This document shows, piece after piece, positions 7,670 to 15,210 of a DNA stretch of 64,000 nt. The stretch comes from a virus (taxonomy: Duplodnaviria; Caudoviricetes): IMG/VR virus record IMGVR_UViG_3300042465_005116, positions 128,001 through 192,000 of that record; one strand, 5' to 3'. Each line of letters starts with the position of its first letter. Position 1 is the stretch's first letter. Made by a program: the position numbers and the translations under genes. Below the pieces are notes generated by a model, which saw nothing but the letters and a program-made list of their open reading frames with translations, was not told the DNA's origin and searched no databases.

Positions 7670-7741
7670 TTACTCGAATAGGATTCGAACCTATACTACA
7701 TCAGTCAAAGTGAGGTATGCTAACCATTACACCATCGAGCA
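7670..7741 (-). tRNA. tRNA-Gln(TTG)
   Basis: Cloverleaf, U1:A72, loop CTTTGAC. Confidence 0.9.
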
Positions 7742-7748
7742 ATTTATG

Positions 7749-7820
7749 AGCGGATGATAGGAATCGAACCTACGTCTCCTACTTGGAAGGAAGGAGTAAT
7801 AACCATTATACGACATCCGC
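7749..7820 (-). tRNA. tRNA-Gly(TCC)
   Basis: Cloverleaf, loop CTTCCAA, U73. Confidence 0.95.
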
Positions 7821-7832
7821 ATGTCAAAGAAC
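7821..7832 (-). promoter_or_regulatory. boxA-like antitermination element
   Basis: GTTCTTTGACAT in the Asn-Gly spacer; resembles rrn boxA. Confidence 0.5.
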
Positions 7833-7838
7833 CAATTG

Positions 7839-7910
7839 AGGGAAGGGAGAATTTCGAAATCTCGACCTGATGATTAACAGTCATCTGCTCTGCCTCTGAG
7901 CTACCATCCC
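7839..7910 (-). tRNA. tRNA-Asn(GTT)
   Basis: Cloverleaf, loop CTGTTAA. Confidence 0.95.
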
Positions 7911-7917
7911 ATAAACG

Positions 7918-7951
7918 AAAAAACCCTTAACTTTTTTATCAGTTAAGGGTT
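7918..7951 (-). terminator. intrinsic terminator (candidate attenuator) directly upstream of tRNA-Asn
   Basis: 11-bp stem AACCCTTAACT/AGTTAAGGGTT, 8-nt loop, T-run. Confidence 0.75.
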
Positions 7952-7981
7952 CTTAAAATATTGTTATAAAATTTTTACATT

Positions 7982-8104
7982 CTATCCACGTTTTACATCC
8001 CTTAACTTACTTCTATCCTCAATCATATTGAAGACACGATTGCCACCCCAAGCACATTTCTGTGTCGGTAGATAACTAAGCGTATGTATTGTTAAAGTTG
8101 CCAT
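7982..8104 (-). CDS. candidate leader peptide MATLTIHTLSYLPTQKCAWGGNRVFNMIEDRSKLRDVKRG (40 aa)
   Basis: ATG 8104 to TAG 7982; overlaps an anti-terminator-compatible AGTTAAGGG at 7999-8007. Confidence 0.6.
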   Translation of the reverse strand: MATLTIHTLSYLPTQKCAWGGNRVFNMIEDRSKLRDVKRG

Positions 8105-8242
8105 TGTGTATAAGTATATTAAAAACTAATTTATGTTTGTTTTTGTGTTAATAAAATAAAAAAAAGTAACTCATCTTCAATATGCACCATCCATGTCATG
8201 CACTGGTTGACAAAAGCCTCGATAAATTACTTAGTATTTTTT

Positions 8243-9127
8243 AAAAAAATCTGGATGAGAATACTCCATCTTATGAACCAGCTTTATAAGGGTTATTGGT
8301 TACCTTAATTTCCACTACCTTTTGAGTAGTACCGATTCAATGTGGGTAAGTAATGCCTACCAATCATAAAGTTACAACCTACTCTCTTTTTACTCCGCCA
8401 CTTCGAATCTGCCGACCCGATTCACATCTCGCGATGCTAGAAGTTTTTCGAAAGAATCACATTTACCTTGAGAGTATTTGTGGCAGTGAACGACTCACTA
8501 CTATGTACACACCTTTCACTTGCAACTGGTAACCACTTTTTCTTTTATTTTTATTTGATTTTCACCATTGAAAGTAAAAGTTTTGGTTTGTAGAAGAATT
8601 CAAGTAGTGGATTACCACTAGCTCCGTTCCATTTTGAAGAACGGAATACTATACTACTCGATACGATATCCCTATCGTCATATTTTAAGTCTACTTCATA
8701 TCTAAACCTTTGGTAAAGTAAAGATAAGGATAATAACAACACCACTTGTACATCATCATACCTTTCGATTTTAAGTAAACTTTCATATTGAATCACGCAA
8801 TGATATGGAGAGATTAAGTCCGTACTTCTTGCAATAACTCTATGGATTATTCTTATTGGTGTCCCCACCTCAACTGAACTTCTACCTAGCCCAGTCATTA
8901 AACCATTTCACTACGGAGTTACCCTCACTAATCAGGTCTAATGATATTCCACTTGCATACTCAAGCTCCATTCCTTTCGGTCTGAAACCGCAAATTAATT
9001 AACCAACTAATTCACTTTATCCTACTTTCGTAGTTTATTTAACCACCATATGCGGCGGGTATGTACTATGTACCACAAGGATACTATGTACAATATGTTT
9101 CGATAATTTAAAGAACTTTTTTTTGTT
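8243..9127 (-). ncRNA. large ornate non-coding RNA, GOLLD/ROOL-like
   Basis: ~880 nt without a credible ORF, between a promoter (9132-9163) and a hairpin plus T7; many GNRA hairpins; next to tRNAs. Family not verified. Confidence 0.6.
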
Positions 9128-9131
9128 AAGT

Positions 9132-9163
9132 CAAAGATACGAAATCTTTTTCACTTTTCCAAA
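9132..9163 (-). promoter_or_regulatory. sigma-A-type promoter of the large ncRNA
   Basis: TTTG-N20-TATCTTTG. Confidence 0.8.
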
Positions 9164-9237
9164 TTTATTTTAAACTTTTTTTTGTTATGTCTAATACCGA
9201 GTATCTTTCATCGCCTATAAGTTTAGAACTAACTTTG

Positions 9238-9269
9238 TAAAGATACGAAAACATTTTCACATTTCCAAA
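9238..9269 (-). promoter_or_regulatory. sigma-A-type promoter (tandem)
   Basis: TTTG-N20-TATCTTTA. Confidence 0.7.
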
Positions 9270-9341
9270 TCTTTTTTTAATTATTTTTTGTGATATTATA
9301 TATAAGTATATAAAAATATACCAAACGTAAAATAATCATTG

Positions 9342-9413
9342 TAGCGGGTGAAGGATTCGAACCTCCGACCTATAGGTTATGAGCCTACCGAGCTACCACT
9401 GCTCTAACCCGCA
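9342..9413 (-). tRNA. initiator tRNA-fMet(CAT)
   Basis: Unpaired 1:72 (T:T), GAGCAGTGGTAGCTC D-arm, loop CTCATAA. Confidence 0.9.
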
Positions 9414-9434
9414 ATATAATTTTAAAGAACATAA

Positions 9435-9540
9435 AACAAAGTAAGATAATGATATCCGGCGTTATAGTTTACCACTTATGGTTGGACTTCACACATTCGG
9501 TTTTATTAGATGTTGGCTTCAACCACTATCTTATTTTGTT
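9435..9540 (-). ncRNA. candidate 106-nt structured RNA upstream of tRNA-fMet
   Basis: 16 of 17 terminal positions pair; begins just after the promoter at 9545-9576. Confidence 0.45.
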
Positions 9541-9544
9541 AAGT

Positions 9545-9576
9545 CAAAGATACGAAAACATTTTCATATTTCCAAA
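9545..9576 (-). promoter_or_regulatory. sigma-A-type promoter
   Basis: TTTG-N20-TATCTTTG. Confidence 0.8.
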
Positions 9577-9589
9577 TCTTTTTTAATAT

Positions 9590-10036
9590 TTATTTTACTT
9601 TGTAAGATAATCCCAATCCTAATGTAAAATCATCACCAATTAAATTACCAATTCCCCATAAATTTATAACACTACTTGGTCTTAGTGGATTGTACATTAT
9701 AAGAAAATTTGGTTTATTACCATTAAGTGTAGGTTGTAATCCAAACCCAATAATCGCCTTATCCTCTTTTACTTGTCTAAGAACACCAAACTTCATATTA
9801 TCAGATACATTTCCTGTTTTGGTATTAACTCCCGGAGGAATTACTATTCCACCATTTTGTCCACCATATTCATCATACGGAAGTCCCGCATAAAATCCCC
9901 ATCCTTTTTTCATAAATCCACCTGTAATGTATCCATCAGATGGTCCACCCTTGCGGGTAGCGGTTATAAACCACTCTTGCCCTTTTGCATTAATACTTAT
10001 TCCGAGTATCAAAGCCATCACTAATAATTTTTTCAT
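9590..10036 (-). CDS. secreted protein, possible small outer-membrane beta-barrel
   Basis: Signal peptide MKKLLVMALILGISINAKG; Gly/aromatic beta-strand pattern, C-terminal LGLGLSYKVK. Confidence 0.6.
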   Translation of the reverse strand: MKKLLVMALILGISINAKGQEWFITATRKGGPSDGYITGGFMKKGWGFYAGLPYDEYGGQNGGIVIPPGVNTKTGNVSDNMKFGVLRQVKEDKAIIGFGLQPTLNGNKPNFLIMYNPLRPSSVINLWGIGNLIGDDFTLGLGLSYKVK

Positions 10037-10347
10037 AGTGCCTTTATGCTCTTTGTTTTTTCAAGAGAATCCTCTCTTATCCATTTTTGTTTTAACTTAT
10101 CTATTTTTTCAATTTTTAGGATTTTACCTTTAAGTGAGACAATCTCCTTCGTAACCTTTTCGGTACGAACCGTACGTGCAGCGAAATCTTCTTCGGTGAT
10201 TTCAATCAATTCTTTTTTTCGATTAAGAACTGATATTTCTTTTTGGATTTTTTCTATCGCTTTACCATCATTAATCAATGAGGGGTCGATAGAATTACCA
10301 ATACTATTAAAAAATAATAATATGGGTAAGGTAAGTTTTTCTAACAT
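10033..10347 (-). CDS. hypothetical coiled-coil protein with N-terminal hydrophobic segment
   Basis: 104-aa ORF. Confidence 0.55.
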   Translation of the reverse strand: MLEKLTLPILLFFNSIGNSIDPSLINDGKAIEKIQKEISVLNRKKELIEITEEDFAARTVRTEKVTKEIVSLKGKILKIEKIDKLKQKWIREDSLEKTKSIKAL

Positions 10348-10430
10348 TTGTAATCAATAGTTAAAAGTGTAACACATATAAATACATTATTATATATTTT
10401 TAATTAAATATATAACAATAATTTATTAAG

Positions 10431-10806
10431 TGGTGGAGGTGGAGGGAGTCGAACCCTCGTCCAAATACGGATTCAATAAACATCATTCACAAGCTTAGTT
10501 AGTTTTTCTTAACTAACAAAATATTCGGTTGGTTCTTCACCATCGGCAACCGATAAACAATGGGTGATTCGATTTTGGGTTCAATCACTTTTCCACCTTT
10601 GTACACATTCTTTTTAAAGTCCCACGATGTGTGCGGGAGGGATTAGGCTGCTATAGCGTAATCAGCACCTACGAAAGACATTACATCTTCGAAGGTCATT
10701 GTAGATAATTCTACGTCGTTTATTGTTCGATAGGTATTTACGGATTTCCATCTAACCCGGCTTGCAACTTACCAACTCATCGTACCTGTCAAAACCAGGC
10801 ACCCCC
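10431..10806 (-). ncRNA. ssrA: tmRNA
   Basis: 5' GGGGGTG...TTTTGACAG, 3' GGTTCGACTCCCTCCACCTCCACCA, G3:U70, tag ORF ending YAIAA*. Confidence 0.93.
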
Positions 10807-10808
10807 AT

Positions 10809-11495
10809 TTATTTTTTATTCAAAGAACGTTTAATTAAATTCTGAACCTTTTCATTTCTCAAATCAATGTACAACATTATAGTTGCTCTATATTCATTTG
10901 AGTAATTATACACATTATGATAATGATAAGAATTAAAATAATATGCTTTACCTACTTCTAATCTTTTTCTAAATATATTCGTAAACCAATCAGGTCTATG
11001 AAATCGCTTCCACCATTTAAATTCAGCCGAATCTACTACACAATATTCAAACTTTTCTGGTACTATAATTGGAATTTGAATAGTTAGTTCCCATTCTTCT
11101 TGTCCATGTTCCAATACGTGCGAGTGCCAAACTAAAGATTGTTTAGGTGCAATTCGCATCACCCTAGCTCTACTATCTAATTGGTTACCACTAATGTTTG
11201 CACATATCTCATACATATAAGGTATTGTGGATTCCAATTCGGTTTTCTGAAAGTTATATTGCTCAGTACCATCTTCGTACATATCTTTATACAAACTTCC
11301 ATCAGAACTAATCAATGAAATACCACTCCATGCTTTACGATACTTTCTTCGTACTTGCCAAAAGTTAGTTCTATAATCTTTGAATTTGTATTTGTTTTTT
11401 AACAATCCATATTCATCAATTAGTTTATCTAAATCAATATCAATGTCCAATTCTAAAAATGGAATACTTTTTAGTTGTTGTATAAGTTCATTCAT
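10809..11495 (-). CDS. 2OG-Fe(II)/cupin oxygenase, Asp/Asn beta-hydroxylase-like
   Basis: RARVMRIAP...WHSH, HNVYNYSNEYR; likely start MNELIQ (the ORF-track extension overlaps an RNA). Confidence 0.7.
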   Translation of the reverse strand: MNELIQQLKSIPFLELDIDIDLDKLIDEYGLLKNKYKFKDYRTNFWQVRRKYRKAWSGISLISSDGSLYKDMYEDGTEQYNFQKTELESTIPYMYEICANISGNQLDSRARVMRIAPKQSLVWHSHVLEHGQEEWELTIQIPIIVPEKFEYCVVDSAEFKWWKRFHRPDWFTNIFRKRLEVGKAYYFNSYHYHNVYNYSNEYRATIMLYIDLRNEKVQNLIKRSLNKK

Positions 11496-11507
11496 ATTAA
11501 TTAATTG

Positions 11508-11676
11508 CTGTAAGAGGAGGATTCGAACCATCCACGATGCGATTCAGTAAGTAACACTTTCTCCGGCCGGATGGTGGTCTACCCCATATTACTTACCTAT
11601 TTCGTTCTCACCACCCCCGAGACAGGAGGGCTTGTCTACCCGGTCATACTGAGACAACCTTTTCCAACACCTTACA
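11508..11676 (-). ncRNA. 169-nt tRNA-like RNA with GTC anticodon and expanded D-loop and variable arm
   Basis: Acceptor TGTAAGG/TCTTACA plus G73, D-stem TTG/CAA, CCCTC-CTGTCTC-GGGGG arm, ~80-nt variable arm, GGTTCGAATCC T-loop. Confidence 0.65.
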
Positions 11677-11772
11677 ATATATGAACTAACTCACTGGAAA
11701 CCTTATAATTGAATTCAATCAACTTATGGGTTAAGTACTCCGTTTATGTTAGTTCCTCGTACTCCAAGTTTG

Positions 11773-11857
11773 CAGAGAGTTAGGGATTCGAACCCCAGAT
11801 ACCTTTCAGTATGCCAGTTTTCAAGACTGGTGCCATCAACCACTCGGCCAACTCTCT
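11773..11857 (-). tRNA. tRNA-Ser(TGA)
   Basis: Class II cloverleaf, loop CTTGAAA, G73. Confidence 0.95.
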
Positions 11858-11865
11858 GTTTAATA

Positions 11866-12135
11866 TTATTGAATATGAGTTTCTTCGTTTCGAAGTGCTC
11901 TCACATCTAATGTAATATTTGATTGTCTTCTTCTTGCTTCTTCAGCTTCTTTATACCAACGAATCCAAGTTAAGGAAACATCAATTGGTGCAAGAACCCA
12001 TGCCATTACCACTACCATAATAGTATCCAATTCAGGAGAACCACCGATGGGGTCATTGCTGTATCTTTTATCTAAATTTTTAAATAATTGATAGAAACAA
12101 TAAAGAACACAAATAATGTAATACGTTAAAAACAT
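11866..12135 (-). CDS. hypothetical membrane protein
   Basis: Two hydrophobic segments. Confidence 0.55.
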   Translation of the reverse strand: MFLTYYIICVLYCFYQLFKNLDKRYSNDPIGGSPELDTIMVVVMAWVLAPIDVSLTWIRWYKEAEEARRRQSNITLDVRALRNEETHIQ

Positions 12136-12149
12136 ATATTAAATTTTAA

Positions 12150-12350
12150 TTAAACGCCTGAAGTTTTTACATCAACTAAAAAGTTTTTTAATCTTTCTAA
12201 TTTTTCAATCGTTGTAGTTGTTCCTGTAATTGGATTCAGTTCTAAAATAATATCATCTAATGATGCTGCAGTTACTAATAACGCATCGTCTTTAGAATTT
12301 AAATAGTTGTCTGAAATTCTGTACTTTTTGCAAATCTCTTGTAAGTTCAT
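12150..12350 (-). CDS. hypothetical protein
   Basis: Likely start MNLQEICKK at 12350. Confidence 0.55.
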   Translation of the reverse strand: MNLQEICKKYRISDNYLNSKDDALLVTAASLDDIILELNPITGTTTTIEKLERLKNFLVDVKTSGV

Positions 12351-12367
12351 ATTATTGTTTTTTTGTT

Positions 12368-13510
12368 TTAAATTAAAGCCCTTGTTTGTTTTGATTCTAA
12401 ATGCCAAAAATTATGTATTATATGTTGTCTATTACCAATCATTTTTAATTGTTTTAATAATACATTATATAGTGGATGTGATTCTTCTTGAACTGAACGG
12501 TCTTTTAACCATTCTTTTGTTTGATGATTCCAATCTTGTATTGCTCTAAATGTAATTGTATATCCATTTTCAGGACTCCACTTTCCATATATATCCTCAA
12601 TCATATTTACAAAATCATTCATTTCACGTACATTATGGTCTTGAACTACGAATGAAAAATTTCTATTATTAAATTTTAAGGTAGAATGATATTTTAAATT
12701 AGCCATTAAAGTATCCCAATTCCCATTTAACCTTACTTTATTTTCATATGTTTCTTTAGTTGCTGCATCAATTGATATTTCATATTCACGAACATATGGA
12801 TGAATTGGTTTAACCGATTCCCACATTTCCTGTGTCCACATATTTCCGTTTGAAACTATATAAATTTGTTTCAATTTTGGATATCGTTTGTAATCAAATG
12901 TTTGCATAAACTTTCTAAATACATTTGAATAAAATGGGTCACCACTACCTGTAATATGAATCATCTCAACCTCATTACTAAATTGTTCATTAATATCTTT
13001 TAAAATATTATCAACAAATTTATCTTTACGATTTGGTATAGTATCTAATCTACAAGATGGACATTTCAAATTACATGCGTAATCAAAATTAAAATAAATT
13101 AATTTTGGAAATAATTTCCATTCACTATCAGTTTCAGAAAGATTATATTTTTTAAAAAATTCTTCTCTCTTATAAAAGTATCCAAAATATACTGATTGTC
13201 CATAGTCCGATTCAAACTCATTTAATAATACCTTTTCATCAGTATTAATAAGTTTAGATAAAAATGGGCACTTAGTTTTTGAACAATATTTATATGAACC
13301 ATCTAAGATTCCTTCTCTTACCTTTGTATTAATATCATTAAACCAAACATCTTTTAATTCTTTAGTTTCACCGGGATTTAAATGAGACCAATCTTCAAAT
13401 GGAATATCCATCCAATCTGGACAACAACTCCAAGTCGAATTATGGAATACCATAAAATCTTCAAATGGTGCTCTACAAATATAGTTTTTTAAATTAACCT
13501 TCTCACTCAT
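12368..13510 (-). CDS. radical SAM protein with N-terminal Cys-rich (SPASM/twitch-like) domain
   Basis: CNLKCPSC (CxxxCxxC), ITGSGDPF, SIDAATKETYEN; N-terminal C...CC...C...C. Confidence 0.85.
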   Translation of the reverse strand: MSEKVNLKNYICRAPFEDFMVFHNSTWSCCPDWMDIPFEDWSHLNPGETKELKDVWFNDINTKVREGILDGSYKYCSKTKCPFLSKLINTDEKVLLNEFESDYGQSVYFGYFYKREEFFKKYNLSETDSEWKLFPKLIYFNFDYACNLKCPSCRLDTIPNRKDKFVDNILKDINEQFSNEVEMIHITGSGDPFYSNVFRKFMQTFDYKRYPKLKQIYIVSNGNMWTQEMWESVKPIHPYVREYEISIDAATKETYENKVRLNGNWDTLMANLKYHSTLKFNNRNFSFVVQDHNVREMNDFVNMIEDIYGKWSPENGYTITFRAIQDWNHQTKEWLKDRSVQEESHPLYNVLLKQLKMIGNRQHIIHNFWHLESKQTRALI

Positions 13511-13533
13511 ATATGTATATATATTAAGTTATT

Positions 13534-14205
13534 TTATTTTGAGTATTCTTCTAATTCTTCTTCGTACCAACCATTATACATTTCTCTAATTTCTAATGGA
13601 ACTCCTTTTCCAAAGTCATTACTTTCCCAACCATATTGTAAGTATGCTTGAATCTCATCTTTAATAACCATTTCAGTATATCCCATTTCTAATAAATTCT
13701 TTTCGAATATATTATAATTTTCTATGTGTATTAATGCAGTAACTGCATCTGCAGTTGCTTTATAGTTGGGATTAGTGTAATATAATCCATGACAAACTTC
13801 GTGTTTAAAGGTATCCCCTTCAGTATTACCTGCCCCAATAATATAACCATCGGCATCATCACCATTCAATTCGTATAACGTATGAATAATACTTTCCATT
13901 ACATCATCGTAATCAGTATACCTATCAGTTAGGGTATCATAACAAGTGTAGGCAATTTCTAATGGAACATTAAATCCACTCCAATCACTTCCATATGTAA
14001 ACCCTTTACCATATTCATTGGTATACCATTTCATATATTCAGAAAAACTAAAATCCTTATTACCTCTAAATGCTGGATTTGGGGATTCGTAGAATTCTTG
14101 TATTCTTAAAAAGGTCATTGCCCTATCATATGAATCTTCAATGATAACTGCAAAGATTTTTGGTTTAACCTTTTCTATTTTATAATTTATATTTATCATC
14201 CGCAA
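13534..14205 (-). CDS. hypothetical protein with HExxH motif (zincin-like)
   Basis: KHEVCHGLYY ... DEIQAY. Confidence 0.6.
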   Translation of the reverse strand: MRMININYKIEKVKPKIFAVIIEDSYDRAMTFLRIQEFYESPNPAFRGNKDFSFSEYMKWYTNEYGKGFTYGSDWSGFNVPLEIAYTCYDTLTDRYTDYDDVMESIIHTLYELNGDDADGYIIGAGNTEGDTFKHEVCHGLYYTNPNYKATADAVTALIHIENYNIFEKNLLEMGYTEMVIKDEIQAYLQYGWESNDFGKGVPLEIREMYNGWYEEELEEYSK

Positions 14206-14450
14206 TCTACTTTGGTGCTTGAAACTTTGAATTTAGTGATTATAGAATCACCCTTATATAGAAGATACGATTGTTCGTGCATGAAACATGCTTTCATTTC
14301 ATTATCATCTATATGAACCGATACTATTGGAACTTCGTTAGCAAATAAAGTATCATCCTCTGAATCATAGTATTCTCTATGGGTTATAGTGTACTCATCA
14401 AATTCAGATGAGATATCACTTATCCACTTTTTTAAATCCTTTATTTTCAT
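14196..14450 (-). CDS. hypothetical protein
   Basis: 84-aa ORF. Confidence 0.55.
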   Translation of the reverse strand: MKIKDLKKWISDISSEFDEYTITHREYYDSEDDTLFANEVPIVSVHIDDNEMKACFMHEQSYLLYKGDSIITKFKVSSTKVDCG

Positions 14451-14467
14451 ATTCTATCTTTTAAATT

Positions 14468-14713
14468 TTAATTATGTTTCATTCCTTTACAAACACCATA
14501 GCCTTGTCGTTGTGATAAACGAATAAGATTTTCTGCGATATGTTTGGGAACAATTTGAATACTGTTACCTGTCTTATGGTTGGTAATAGGAACTCCCCCA
14601 ACTCTTTCAGTAGTGGAACAATTAGTGCAAGACCTATATCCATACTTTGTAAATCGTAAAAGTGGCATATCGCCTCCACATTTAATACAAGGTGTTAATT
14701 CTAATACGTTCAT
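14468..14713 (-). CDS. small zinc-ribbon protein
   Basis: CIKC...CTNC; directly behind the promoter at 14732. Confidence 0.65.
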   Translation of the reverse strand: MNVLELTPCIKCGGDMPLLRFTKYGYRSCTNCSTTERVGGVPITNHKTGNSIQIVPKHIAENLIRLSQRQGYGVCKGMKHN

Positions 14714-14731
14714 ATTTTAAATTTTATAAAG

Positions 14732-14763
14732 CTAAATTACGATAAATTAGTGAGATTTCCAAA
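14732..14763 (-). promoter_or_regulatory. early-type promoter variant
   Basis: TTTG-N20-TAATTTAG followed by CTTTA. Confidence 0.65.
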
Positions 14764-14940
14764 TTTATTTTATTGTATTTCTAAGGGATTGATTATCAAG
14801 ATATTATGAATATTTAAAATGTTAATAACTTTTTTAAAAAAACCTTGCTAATTTTTCTGAAAAGCTTATAATTATAAAAGAGCTTTAAACTAGAAGCTGA
14901 TATAGTTAAGAAAAAAGTATAAGTAAGAGCTTATAGCTAA

Positions 14941-15189
14941 TTAGCTCTTCCACTTACCACCATCCTTAATCCATTCGTTTCTTAATTCTTTTAAGAGTCC
15001 TTGTTCTTCACTCCCTTCTCTATACCACCCCTTTTCATGTAGATGTGTTAAAAAAGTTCTAGCCGCTATTATAGTATCGGTGTTCATTAATGATGTTGTA
15101 GTTTCCATCATCTCATCTCTTAACCATTCATCAATTAAATTAATTAATTTTAATTGGTCTTTATCTAAATAGATTATATTACCCTTCAT
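14941..15189 (-). CDS. hypothetical protein
   Basis: 82-aa ORF. Confidence 0.55.
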   Translation of the reverse strand: MKGNIIYLDKDQLKLINLIDEWLRDEMMETTTSLMNTDTIIAARTFLTHLHEKGWYREGSEEQGLLKELRNEWIKDGGKWKS

Positions 15190-15210
15190 AACGATTCTGA
15201 GCGGGCAAGG

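Noticed and set aside
8551-8898. 115-aa minus-strand ORF
   Set aside because: Lies inside the hairpin-rich large ncRNA, has a non-ATG start and no recognisable motifs; kept only as the alternative to test.
9175-9232. Short unit between tandem promoters (TCTAA...GGCGATGAAAG...TTAGA)
   Set aside because: Could be a small RNA or a 5' extension of the large ncRNA, but no motif was recognised and pairing is weak.
11496-11531. Extended start of the oxygenase ORF
   Set aside because: Falls within the T-arm and acceptor of the tRNA-like RNA.
11508-11676. Group I intron or selenocysteine tRNA explanation for the oversized tRNA
   Set aside because: Inserts are in the D-loop and variable arm and are too short for a group I core. 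The anticodon is GTC, not TCA, and the acceptor is 7 bp.
11683-11770. Possible structured spacer (GAACTAAC/GTTAGTTC, repeated GGAGTAC) between tRNA-Ser and the giant tRNA
   Set aside because: Only one 8-bp pairing; insufficient without covariation.
14845-14872. E. coli-type TTGCTA-N16-TATAAT promoter and AGCT-rich palindromes on the plus strand
   Set aside because: Expected by chance in very AT-rich DNA, has no downstream plus-strand gene, and does not match the host promoter type.
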